From contig CM068748.1 in NCBI GenBank assembly GCA_035084275.1, forward strand, positions 3,410,001 through 3,474,000: a stretch of DNA of 64,000 nucleotides, read 5' to 3'. The stretch comes from Hydrolagus colliei (taxonomy: Eukaryota). The notes under the pieces were generated by a model. That model was not told the DNA's origin and did no database searches. It saw only the letters and a program-made list of their open reading frames with translations. A program made the translations under genes and the position numbers. This document shows, one piece after another, positions 52,400 through 64,000 of this stretch; position 1 is the first letter of the stretch; each line of letters starts with the position of its first letter.

Positions 52400-54450
52400 A
52401 AAGGCTACCTCGCATAAACGGTGCAATACAAATGGTGTGGAACAGATTGAAGGTCTTAATAACCCAATCTGTTGGGAGGAATTGGACTCCTCACTGTGGT
52501 GCCTTTTCTAATAATGAAGCAGCATGTGCAGATGGCATTAATGCTGAGTTCCTAAACATTGCCTTAAGGGCGAGTGATGAAGAATGGTAAGGATCTTGCA
52601 GATCAATGCTGAGATCTGCCAACATGCCTTAACGCTGCCCTCCTAGTGCTGGTCAACTTTGTCAGTGCTTCTGGGTGCTATTGTGGTGTCTATCCACATG
52701 ATGGGTGACCCTAGTGAGACTGAAAACCCATAGAGGGATCTCATCGATTTCAGTGGCTCTTCAGGTGGTGCTTCACATAATCACTCCACATGTATCATAA
52801 ACATTGGAGGCTTGTGGTTTGATCAGGAAAGAACAGGCTGGCTTCCGTTCTCACGAGAAATGTATGGGGCAGCTTGTGGTTTTGTATGAGATTGCAGAAT
52901 CTCATAAGGATAAGAGGAAACCCACCAATGCTGCATTCATTGAGGCCTTTGATCTAGTGCCTCAGAAAGCGCTCATGGTGAAATTGTATTCAATGAGCAT
53001 ACATAGCTAAGTCTTAGATTTCACTTTGAATGTGCCTTTCTACTGATAAAGCAACAGTTGTAGATGGTACAGTAATTCTATTGTCAACTATTTGACTCAT
53101 AAAGGTTGACAATGGACTTATTGAGCTCATTCCTCTTGAAAGCGCAGTAAGGTTATTCAACGTAACCTTCAATGAGATGTCGGGTGGCATTGAGGGGAAT
53201 GGACTTGTTGTTTAAGTTCCAGGCCTTTCTGATAGGATTGCAGCGCTCTTGTTTACAGAAAATATGGTGCTGCTGACAAACTTACTGCCCTCAGCATCTT
53301 GAACAATGGGCCACGGAGGGTGAGTGACAGCGAGTGTCTGCAAGTGTGAAATCATGATCCCGCATGACTGAAGAAAATATATTTTTGAGGTATTGAGTAG
53401 AAGGTACAAGGAGTACCATTCCAAATTGTAGTCAATTCTCATCTGTAACTGCTTGTGGTGGACGTCAAATTTTGCTTGGGACACTGTCCTGAAGGACTGC
53501 AAAGAGAGCCCATGAAGGATACTCTTGTCGTCTCTCTTCGAGGAACTGAGGTCTCAGTGAAGTTCCAGCTTGTGTCATGTAAGACTTGTGTGCAAACCAT
53601 TCTTGTTTCTGCTTCCGAGCTGGGGATACAGAGGAGAAGCTTTCTCAGGCCTATTCGTGAAGTTTGGATTTGGTGAGGTGGATTTGTGGTACATACACGT
53701 GGGAAGCACCTACAGGGAGGGAGGGTCCTTTCTACACTGACCAGTGGCTGAGCAACCTTATGGTGGAGTTGGCTTCATTGTCGCCATATCTATTTGCCAA
53801 GGCCCCTCGCATGAGGACCTAGATTAAGTCGCCTGAGCTGAGCAAGCAGCATTGGACTTGGACCTCAAGAACTGTGGCTAGCACTTCACAAGGTGTCTTG
53901 TAAAGGTCCTCTGACTACTCTGAACCCAGAGTGTCCATCAGGTAGCTGATGAGGAAACTCTGAGGCTTGGGGTGACCACAGCTGGAAAGCGTGACTCTTT
54001 CACATATTTAACACTGAGCTGTCCTGCTCACCAGGAAGCTCACATGGAGTTCCCGATATCCACCCAGTGAAGCCTCAAACCGTGCTTGTTGGATATCAAA
54101 TGACTAACTAGTGACAATTCTTCTTGGGGCGGGGGTTCCTGAAGGGAAAGAGTTAGTGGGATCTCTCAGGAACTGATCCAAGGTGACATGTTTGGCAACG
54201 GAATGTAAGATTTGAGCCAACTTTCTGGTCTCAGCAGTTTCTGAGCCAGGTAGATCCACAGTACAGTAAGCCAGTGCACTAGCAGCCTAATATATTGGCA
54301 AGACTTGAAATGACAGACCAGTCACTTAGGCCAGAGAATCCTCCAACTTAGCTCCCGTTAACCCTTCAAAAGGCAAAAGCCCTGAAGGGTAGGATGATGG
54401 GAAAACTTGCCAGGCAGTGCTCTCAAGCTATGCGGTTTTCGCTGGTTAGA
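52400..54450 (+). mobile_element. Heavily decayed non-LTR retrotransposon (RT region and C-terminus), clade uncertain
   Basis: Ordered degenerate RT motifs across frameshifts: NNEAACADGINAEFL, IVVSIH..GD...N(Y)RGIS, EQAGFRSHEKCMGQ, AFDLVPQKAL, LFNVTFNE, VPGLSDRIAALLFTENMVLL (FADD equivalent), KCEIM. Confidence 0.82.
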
Positions 54451-55993
54451 ATCCAGAAGTGCCTCAGAATAGTCTCCAGAATTCGGATGTGTTCCTCCAG
54501 GGAGTAGCTGTAAATTCCATTCCAATACGTATCTTGGGAATTACAATTTGTAGGTGGGCTGGATGGAACTCCATTTGATTTGGATACTCATGTACATCGA
54601 TGGGTTTCCGCAAATTTCGGACGTTGACCTAAAAAAAACACTATGCTACCTCGTGTGAAGGATGCAATATAAATGCAAGTTGTTGCTGTTATTGTCATTG
54701 ACTTCAGTGGCTGTTTAGTGGGTTGTTTCTCTAAATTGGCTGCTGTGTTTGCCTGCAAAATACATAGTGACTGCACTTACAGTAAATCCTGTTAAGGACT
54801 TTGGACACCAACAACAATTTGTATTTATATAGTGCTCTGTATGCAGGGTAGTATCTCAGAGAGCGTGACAACTTGTGCCTATATTGTCTACCTGTCGTTA
54901 AAAGCATGGTTACCAAAGGCAAGCATTAATTATTTAAAGCTAACAGGTGATGTATTGATATTCAAAAATAAATCCAGAAAATAGCTCTCATAAGACTTTT
55001 CAATCATTTGCCTATTTCAAGCACAACACACAGTATACTCATACTGTTCATTCTCTGGATAAGTGGATAGAAATAAGTGTCATGCTGGAACCCATTTGTT
55101 GGTGCATGAGTGATGATGACTCTCAACTCTGTCTCCAATTCTGCCCGTCCTTCCCTGCCTCTCAATCGGATAACAACAGCAACCCCACACCACCTTCCAC
55201 GACACATCAAGCGACTAGGAACCGATCACGTCCGAAACGGGAGGAACAACCTCACATCCTTCCATCTAATCAGCTGCACAATGTGTCTGAGCTTCATTAT
55301 CCTGCTGCACAGAGGCACTTTAAAACCTCCTCTACCACCACGCCCCCTCCTCCCCCCCACCGCCGCCACCACCCCCACAACCATTTAAAATAATAACAGG
55401 ACATGCATGAGAATAACCGAAATGACAATGGGATCATGTTTGTAAATAGAGCTCACATCTGGTTCCATCATTAACTGAATATGATATTCCCAAAGAAATT
55501 GGACATTGACCAAGAATTAGATACAGTATTTCACCCCCATTTGGCTAAACTGTACAACAAACGTGAGACATACACCCACCCACATGCGCACACAAGCATA
55601 CACACACACACAGCAACTGGTAGGATTCCAATAAATAAGGTAAACATATTTTGTAAACCATATCCAGGGACACTTATACAAAACATTGAACTCACTACAT
55701 TTCCTGATGCTCTGGCATTTACTAGAGAAGCTTGTTGGATTAATGGCTGTGTTTCTCTGATGAGTGCATCTGTTTTAGAATTTTATGCTTCTTACTCAGT
55801 TTGTTGCTGAACTCACGACAGGACAAATTTGGCTAGAGACACAATACCTCATCTGGGGACTGTCCATGGAAATCACCTATCATCCTATCTAATAATATCC
55901 TGCTCAGAGGGATCCGGGCAATTGGTTTGCTGCCTCTCAGTGTGTTCAAAGTTCAACAAATTCTGCTTTAAAGATCTGCAAAGCATAAGACAG

Positions 55994-56225
55994 TAATAAT
56001 AATCCTTGCATTTGATACAGAGCCTCATCACTATAACGCCTTGATATGTCCTTCTCACGTGAAAGGCGCCTTACAAACGTAATTTTGTTGTTGTTATCAT
56101 AGCTTCTAGACATCTCAAAGTGCTTTAGATATACTGTAAAGTGAATTAACTGTACATTTGGAGGGCACAACGCGGCAGCCAATTGCGCACAGTAGCGTCC
56201 CACAAACAGTCGCGGATTGAAATCA
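55994..56225 (-). mobile_element. Young SINE carrying an inserted L2 tail (56035-56095, + strand)
   Basis: The reverse-complemented SINE is interrupted by acgccttgatatgtcc...gtgaaaggcgccttacaaacgtaattttgttgttgtt. Confidence 0.85.
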
Positions 56226-57199
56226 CAACAACAACAACATGTGTTTATATTGCACCCTTCACACTTGGGTAGTGCCCCTGCAGTGCTCTGTCACTTATTG
56301 AGGGAGAAAAAGACGAGGAGCACTTTCTCACTCCAGCTCTAGCAGTGAGAGTAAGTGAGTGAGTGAGAGAGAAAGACAGCTGATCTATGCAGCTGCCTGG
56401 TCTAGAGAAGCAACTAACACTCTCAGATGTAACCCTATTTTGATCTGATAAGCCCTCGAGATCATATGACCATGGTAGAGGAGAGGAAGGGGAAAGACAG
56501 ACAGAGAGAGAGAGAGAAACATGGGATTTTAGGGAAACCCAAGGCATGTGGAGGGGGTGATGTTTTGATTTCTTTTTTTGGGGGTAAACGTTAGATGCAG
56601 GCTGTGCAGGTCGACAGAAAGAAATACTTCGACTTGTCCCTGTGCTAACCCTTAATATCTAATTACCAGCAGGAAAAGTATAAAGTAACTTATGTTCTTT
56701 AATCAAGCTGTGCTGCGAGGAGCCCTTGATCGAATTTAGCTGATTCCAACTTCACTGAGTACTGGCAGATGAAGTCAATTTCAAATTCCCCCCAAACCCC
56801 CACCCCACTGGGCTCAAACAGCAGTGAAAATCTCCCTTAATCTAGTGAATAAGTAAACTATGCATTTTTTTTTCTCTCTCCTTGAATTAACAACTAATAG
56901 AGGTGGTGGTAGAGAGAGAGATGGGAACCACAGAAGTATCCATCCATCTAGTTTCCACTATCCTCGTGTGTACAATACAACCAGAGATTAATCATGTATG
57001 AGAGGGGGTGGAAAAAAAAACACTACTATCACTGCTAACAAAGTGAAAGTAAAGGGGAAAAGAGGGATGTTTTTAAGTGTTGATGTTTCTCTGCGATAAC
57101 AGCAAATGTTTTTTTTTAAAACCAAGGTTTACACACCATTCTGTTTCCCACTGATGATGTACTTAATAGGAGGCTGATTCGATAACAACTTTTAAAAGG

Positions 57200-57355
57200 G
57201 AATTAGATCTTTATTTAGGGAGAACAGGTCTATTAGGCTATGGGGAGCGGGCAGGGCAGTGGGATTGAATCGCTCTTTTCAAAGAGCCGGCACAGACTAG
57301 ATGGGCCGAATGGCCTCCTTTTGTGCCGTAAAACTCTATGAATCTATTCTATGAA
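57200..57355 (+). mobile_element. CR1 3' UTR
   Basis: gatgggccgaatggcctcc stem-loop followed by ctctatgaatctattctatg (ATTCTATG-type tail). Confidence 0.85.
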
Positions 57356-57527
57356 TGATGTGTCTCATTGTGGGTTTGAGTGTGTGTGAGTGTGGTTTAT
57401 GGGAACGACCGTATAAACAAACAGATCTCACCTACACACAGTGATTTAGCTTGTCATTGACCAATCCTACAGCAAAGTACAGCAGAAATACTGTGTATAA
57501 ACAATGTGCCCCATTCACCAGCTAGTT

Positions 57528-57528
<1 letters not shown>

Positions 57529-57564
<36 letters not shown>
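57529..57564 (+). repeat. (TTAG)n microsatellite
   Basis: Direct reading. Confidence 0.95.
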
Positions 57565-57565
<1 letters not shown>

Positions 57566-57970
57566 GCTGTAACTGGGCTCAACGCAAGCCCAGTTGCTGC
57601 ACTGAAATAGCTACAGCTCTCAAGTTTTGCTGCTGCTGTTTGGAAGCAGTACTCCCCTTCCTCCTTGATGAAAATAACTATTTGGGGTGGGTGGCCGAGA
57701 GAGGGGCGGTTGTCTTGTGGACAGCTGATCATTTCCAGTCCCTTTTTGTGGAACAATAGGTTCTTGTTGTACAACGTCTGTCTGCAAAGTGCTAATCACT
57801 TTCCCATTAAACACTTCCCCCCCCCAAAAAAAAACAACCAATTCTAATAAAGTCACTCCTTCAGAAATAAGAAGTTTGCCCAACCAAAACAAGACAGGGC
57901 TCTGTTAAGTGTGCAGATGAAATTCTGCTACACTGGAGAGCAGGAAGATACTGTAGTTATAATATCATCA

Positions 57971-57972
<2 letters not shown>

Positions 57973-58002
<30 letters not shown>
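57973..58002. repeat. (TA)n microsatellite
   Basis: Direct reading. Confidence 0.95.
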
Positions 58003-58006
<4 letters not shown>

Positions 58007-58306
58007 TATTATATAAATACATGGTAATCAAAGCCTAATACAGTCTATATAATCTGATGTTGGAAATGAACCAAGAGACAGGAAACCAGTCTGGTTCTTA
58101 GGTACCAGGGCATGAATCACAGCAATTTAATACATCTCTGCTCAGATCGTTTAACAACAATAACACACGCGATTTTTTTTTCTTTTTTAAAAATAAAATA
58201 AAACATTTTGTCTGAAAAAAAGCAAGCAGTTTCATTCGGTGTGTGTCTGGGTTAGAAAGAATTGAAGGAGCAAATATTACAGGGTTCAATCAGTCATCAG
58301 AAAGTG

Positions 58307-58702
58307 GTGTGTGTGTGTGTGTGTGTGTCTATGGGGGGGTTGATAACTCATAAGGAGATGAGGACAAGTAACTAAGCAGAAAAGCATTGCCTACAATATA
58401 CCAACATAAAGAGGGGGAGAGTGAGAGAAAGAGGTGGGAGGAGAGAGACACACACACACAGAGACACACACATACAGAGAGAGACACACACACACAGAGA
58501 CACAGAGATGTGTGAGAGTATGAAGGAAACACATCAAATACAAATAAAGCATTAGAGGGGGGGGGGGGGGGGGGAGGTTTCCCTTGCTTTTTTGGGGGGT
58601 GGGGGGCGAGGGGGGGGGGGTGTCTGGTTATTACAAACAAAAATAGTAAATACAAGAGACACACAGAGAGAGAGAGAGAGAGACAGAGAGAGAGACAGAG
58701 AG
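58307..58702. repeat. Low-complexity cluster of (TG)n, (AG)/(AC)n and poly-G at the 5' end of intron 1
   Basis: Direct reading. Confidence 0.9.
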
Positions 58703-58732
58703 CAAAAAATATATATAACCAACATATCTCAC

Positions 58733-58835
58733 CATCCTTCGTTGCGAGCAAGGCATCTGTAATGCTGAGCAAAGCATAGAGGATTTGCAAGGTTTCTATC
58801 AGAGCATTTCGCTCACCAGGTTCCTCTCTGGTCAT
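58733..58835 (-). CDS. adam12: ADAM12-like metalloprotease, coding exon 1 (signal peptide)
   Basis: ATG at 58835 (aagaagATGA). Reads MTREEPGERNALIETLQILYALLSITDALLATKD+G with a hydrophobic stretch. Length is 103 nt, ending in a phase-1 donor GATG|gtgaga that splices in frame to exon 2. Confidence 0.8.
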
Positions 58836-59720
58836 CTTCTTGTGCAGGCGGCCAGATAACTTTGGGAGCGTCTCATCAGACTGTAGAGATCAGCACCATC
58901 ATACACAGTGTGTGTAGTATATGTGTGTGTGTGTGTATATATATCTACACACACACACATTGAGACAGAGGGAGAGGGGAGGGGGGTGGAGGAGGAGGAG
59001 GAGGTGGAGTGGGGGGGGGGGGGGGGGGAGAGCTTAGCTGGATCAGGATGTGAGAGGTTTCCGGCAAGACGGTCGCTCACCCTTCTGAACAAGCCAAACT
59101 CCCCCCATCCCATCCACCCCTACACACACATACATACACACACACATACACACAAAGACTGGGCTGGTTCTCTCTCCCTCTCTCTCTCTGTTACTGTCAC
59201 AAAGTTCATTCAGGACGATCAATGCAAAGACATGTGTTGGTTGCCTCTCTTTCTTTCTTTCTCTCACTCAGTCTTTCTCTCTCCCTCCTCCCTCTCTCCA
59301 CACACACTCACACAAGACACACAAAACCACACACACACACACAAACAGAGACACACACAGACAGAGGCAACTGAGCTAGGACTGGAACTGCCAAACTACT
59401 CTCCTCTCTCCTCCCTCCAGCCTCCACCCTCCCCCACTGGGTTCTCTCAACCTTCTCCCATCACACAGGGAGTGAATCCAAAGCCACTTTCTTTTGGGGA
59501 AAAAAAAATGTTTGCAGTTTCTTTCTTTTGGGGAAAAAAACAGTCGACTAAGGTTGAAAAAACAGGACTGCAGACTTCCGTTAGGTCCTAGCTTCCCTCC
59601 TTCAACCTCTCTCTCTCTCTCTCTCATTCCCTCCTTCCTTCCAGTTACTTTTTAAAAAAAATCCTTTTTGGGGGAAAAAAATATGAATGGACCAATCCGA
59701 CTGATGTGAGCAAGAGTTAG
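58836..59720 (-). promoter_or_regulatory. Putative 5' UTR and promoter region of the ADAM gene
   Basis: Lies directly upstream of the ATG. Rich in (CA)/(CT)/G-tract microsatellites, with a CCAAT at about 59692 and uORFs. The TSS cannot be determined from sequence. Confidence 0.5.
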
Positions 59721-59859
59721 AGCTTGAGCTAGAGTTGAGTCACTTATTCAGCTGCAGAAATAGTGTGGTATTAACACTTTCAAAGGGAACACTGTTAATG
59801 TGTCATTTTTAATGTGATCTTTGCAAACTCTGCCTTGAACTTTTTTAATTGGAAAGTAA

Positions 59860-60243
59860 ATAATAATAATAATAATGATCCTTGCATTTGATGTAGTGCC
59901 TGATCATGTCTCTGAGACATCTCAAAGCGCTTTGCGGTGTATACCGCAAAGTGAACTGACTATATATTTTATATATATTATACGTAGATTAAAATTGCAA
60001 TATTCACGTGAGCTTCAAATGGAACGGTTCGTGAATTCAGTTCACTTTAAAAGGTGCACTTGTTAATAAGGGGGTAATGATTCGTTCAAAGCAAATTTAA
60101 CAATAATAATTTGATAATAATAATAATAATCATAATTTTGCCCACAAAATATATAGTCAATTCACTTTACAATATATTCAGTGAAGCACTTTGAGAGATC
60201 TCAATGACGTGATGAGGCTATATCAAATGCAAGGATTATTATT
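59860..60243. mobile_element. Divergent pair of SINE 3' fragments (59860-59965 minus; 60135-60243 plus)
   Basis: Both match the family tail, in opposite orientations. Confidence 0.8.
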
Positions 60244-60949
60244 ACATTCATATGATGTTCACATCGCTGCGGGGGGGGGGGGGGGGGGGCGGGCAATATT
60301 ATACCAAATAAATATACCAAATACCAGTGCAAAATTGTCAACATAATACTGCAACATAAAACCGAGACCGTCTCACAGAAGATTTTCAGTGGAAATTGTC
60401 TTCTATATTCTGCCAATTTTATTTGCCCCTCCAAAACCACCCAGTCACTACACTTTACAGAGAAGCACTTTGAGACATCCTTTCTACATGAATGGTGCTT
60501 TATCGAACATAATCGTGTAAAGCGGTCTGCACTGCTCTCCATATGAAAGGCGCTATTAAAATGCAAGTGTTATTGTTGAGGCGAAAGCTTACTATTATTA
60601 TCTCGTGGTGTCTTGTAGCATAGTGGATAGTTGGATACATATTTAATACTATTCTTGAATTAATGTTTTCTTGCTACAGTGCGTAATTGATCTAAGGCAC
60701 TGCTCTCTCTGTGTACTGTACTTTACTTCAACTGAGTTTTAATATATGTGATGTAACATTGCTGGTTGAATCTATTCGATTCTATGGCTCGATCATCCAT
60801 AGGTTGATAAAAGGTTGAAATGAACGACACAAGTGATTTCACGGTTTTCCACTTCAGCTGTTTAGTTATTTCCTTATTTTAAATGGGATTGAAAAAGTAA
60901 ATCCAGAACAATGCTTTAGGGCAAGCCACGATAGAGGAACAAGAGGATA

Positions 60950-61365
60950 ATAACATCAACAACAACAACAACAACAAAATTACACTTGTATAGCACCTTT
61001 CACGTCAGGAGGACGTCCAAAGGCGCTGGACAATTACTGTTTCAGACCTGAGCTGGGGACAAGAGGGTGGGGGAAGGAAGGGGGGGGATTAGGAGTTGCC
61101 GATGGGACCATCGAAGAGGAGGGTCTTGAAGCGGGACTTGAAGGAGGTCAGAGAGGGGGTGAGGTGGAGGGAATGCGGGAAGGAGTTCCAGAGGTTGGGG
61201 GCAGAGTGGCTACAGGCTCGCCCGCCAATGGTGGGGCGGGTGGGTCGGTGGGTCGGGGGTCGTGGAGCAGGCCAGAGCCTGCTGAGCGGAGGGAGGGGGT
61301 GGACAGGTTGATAGGGGGTTAGAAGGTCACGGATGTAGGGTAGGGCGAGGTTGTAGAGGGCTTTA
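60950..61365 (-). mobile_element. L2 3' fragment
   Basis: Reads TFKALYNLALPY...PTIGGRACSHSAPNLWNS...FKTLLF and carries the L2 stem-loop tail and (AAC)n. Confidence 0.93.
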
Positions 61366-62661
61366 AATGTAACACCGGGATATTTAATACTGGAACAAGT
61401 CACCAGGAAGGGTGTCTGCGGACATGACTCTGGACTCATTTATAAATGGCTTGATGGTGTAATGGGATGGCGGGTATCCTTATAAGCTTTTTTTTTGCTG
61501 GTTAAACAAAGGAGGTCACAAATTGACACCTAGCAACCACCACAAATTGTGCTTGGAAAGTAATTTTGGAGAAAGCAGAAGTGGGTCAAAACTAATAGAT
61601 TAACACACCTTTCTGCCAGTGAATATAAGTTATTATGGAACAACTTTGGAGTTTTATTGCATTCCTTGCTAATTTACCAAACTGCTGTACTGTGCACACA
61701 TCATACCACGTTGCAAATATTAGAAGAGAAAGGGTAATGTTGGGATTTTAACAATTTCCAAATTGACTGCCAGAAAAGTATGAAAACTCTAACAATAAGA
61801 TGCAGTATGTTGGCTCTGCAGAGTTTACCTCGCAAAAAATGTGCATGTGCATAAACAGCTCAGTTTGTGGCATCATCACTTTTACTGCCTCGTAAACCTG
61901 GCAACTCCAACATATATCACTTAAATATTTATGAAATATATCTTTGTTCTTGATCCAGAATTTTTTTAATGTAAGTCAGCTTATTTATTTAGGCACTTCA
62001 TATAGAAAACAATTATGGAAAAATATTAGGCGTTGACTGAGATCCAAAACCTTTTGACAGTATTATGTTACAAGCCAAATATCTGAGTATAGATTTACAG
62101 AAATGTGATGAGGTGGTACTGACTAAAGACCATGCAATAGGACGAAGTGCTGCTCAAGACTAAAAAATTAGACCCAATCAATAAAACCAGGTGAGAGTTA
62201 TGCTGCTTGTTTCATTACAATTTGCTCTCGTGGGAAAAATCTGCCAAATAATCTTTGGGACAATGTGAGTTGCAACTGATGCACAGATGAATTGTGCAAT
62301 GAAGTGATAGAAATAATCCTTGTACTGTATTTCACAAAGCATTTACCGTATCATCCAAAGCCTCAAAAGCACAACACAGATTGTAGTAAAAGAGTATTGA
62401 ACATGAGAAAAATTGAACTGATGTGATATCAGATCTTGGATGTACAATGCGTGACAAAGCTTTTGCCTTACATAATATTAGTAATTGAAAAATAAACCAA
62501 TTCCAGAGGTTACCATTTTGGAAGTAGGGCTATGAACAGTCAAATTGACCTATTTTGCAGTGTTCCCATCATTTCAGTGATGAACATTTTTATTACATAC
62601 CAATAATTCCCATTTGTGGAAATTGGATCTTGCTGCTGAAAATTTTAAAAGTGTAACATTA

Positions 62662-62732
62662 CAATATAATACAAAATACAAAATTACGCTCATATAACAC
62701 CTTTCACATCGAAAGAACATCCCAAGGCCCTG
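62662..62732 (-). mobile_element. L2 3' tail
   Basis: atacaaaattacgctcatataacacctttcacatcgaaagaacatcccaaggc. Confidence 0.7.
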
Positions 62733-64000
62733 GTTTTTTCCAGTGAGTGTTCTTGAAAAGCCTTAGCTAGGGTCGAAGTCCTTTCTTTTTTCTCTTCTAA
62801 AATTTATAGTGAACATCAATATGTTTGGATTACTGAACTACCAATTGCAGACAGACATTGCAGTACATTACTCAAGGGAGCTTTGCATTTGTGGAAGTGG
62901 CGTCCGTTGGATGTGACATTAAACCGAGGACCTGCCTAAAGGTACTGGAGGACGTTAAAGATCCTGCAACACTATTTGAAAAGAGAAGAAAGATGCTTAT
63001 AGTGTTGTGACTTCAGAACAATTGGCTATTCATGCCCTGACAAATGGCTGTGGCATTTGCTTAGAAACGCAGTTAATCAACTTGATAGCGATTACTTTTT
63101 AAAAAAAAGATTTTTTTAGCGTGATAGGTTTCTATAAGAATACTTATAAGAATGCTATAACTGAGTTCTCATGAAATGCTTCAAGCATGATCAAGTCAGC
63201 CTTTTGCCTACACAGTCATGTCAGTGTACCACATATCTTTATTTAGATGCCTGATCTCAGATAGGTTGAAGAATGTGCCCTTTTATTGGCAAATCTAGGT
63301 TGTATTTAGATCCAGTAAAACTCGTAATTATACAACATTCTTTTGGACTTGTCTCATCACATCCATGAAAGATCAAGCGCAGTTATTTTTATATGTTGTG
63401 TAAAGGAAGCAAAAAGCAGGCATTATCTTAAGTTCTGCATAACTTTGTAGGTTTCACATTAATGTTACAGTTATGCTCCAGGCCTTTTAAACTTCCAGGA
63501 GGTGTATATGCATGGGTCCATGTGTGCATGTGTGTTGTGTGCATTTGTGCATGAGAGATAGAGTGAAGAACACCAACTCAAATTTAAATTGCAGGAGTCT
63601 TTTTGCCATTGAAATATTGAACCAGTTCATAAAAACTACCAAATGGATCTTGCAATTCCCCTGTAAAACCCGCCAGTTAAAAAAATATATTTTAAGTGCC
63701 CCTGGATTGATGCCTTTAAATATTTGAATATAATACATTTTAAGGATAATACATCAACAATATTGATGTTTTGCATGACTGGTGTTACAATTTAATGTAG
63801 ATAGACAGGAGCATACCGTTTCCAGTATAAGCCTGTTCAAAACTGTGGAGGGAATGGAGAGAGAATAAATGCCAAAATAAGTATTAGAATGGACGCCAAA
63901 GGAAGAAGGTGGTAACTTGGATCCAGATGTTTAACAATCTGTTCATTTCAACCCAACCGTTAGACACCAAATACAAAATTAAATTAGCTCCATTTGTTAT

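Noticed and set aside
57529-57564. Telomere-like repeat
   Set aside because: The unit is TTAG, not TTAGGG; it is an ordinary microsatellite.
58329-58732. Continuation of the 168-aa ORF past exon 1
   Set aside because: It is read-through into intronic microsatellites and gives a low-complexity translation.
58836-58890. Possible acceptor ctctacag| giving the N-terminal extension SDETLPKLSGRLHKK
   Set aside because: The polypyrimidine tract is weak and no upstream coding exon is evident; the ATG plus signal peptide is sufficient.
58908-59591. 227-aa + strand ORF
   Set aside because: It is built from dinucleotide and homopolymer repeats and has no recognisable domain.

Overview
This is AT-rich, repeat-dense vertebrate genomic DNA. 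The L2/CR1 LINEs and Deu-domain tRNA-SINEs suggest a cartilaginous fish, probably a chimaera such as Callorhinchus; this is an inference. The window holds the 5' end of one protein-coding gene on the minus strand, a group-III ADAM metalloprotease that best fits ADAM12. Exon 1 (58835-58733) encodes the signal peptide. Exons 2 (31246-31113) and 3 (24058-23985) encode the prodomain. All three have canonical GT/AG sites and consistent phases. I could not find exon 4, so intron 3 appears to be longer than 24 kb. The rest is intron or upstream DNA containing a 5'-truncated L2 with an uninterrupted RT reading frame (47978-49630), many L2 and CR1 fragments, about 20 copies of a young tRNA-SINE, older DeuSINE-like copies, a TA-flanked MITE and decayed LINEs of other clades. 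I found no convincing novel multi-gene system. The best leads are (i) a chain of stop/start-overlapping uORFs plus a (TG)n/(CA)n palindrome in front of the ADAM start codon, (ii) an in-frame alternative donor that would delete the signal peptide, (iii) repeated antisense L2 insertion into SINE 3' tails, (iv) an L2 ORF2 that reads through its own 3' stem-loop, and (v) an atypical fossil LINE nested in an old SINE. Repeat boundaries were read by eye and are approximate. Family comparisons rely on recalled consensus motifs, not database searches.
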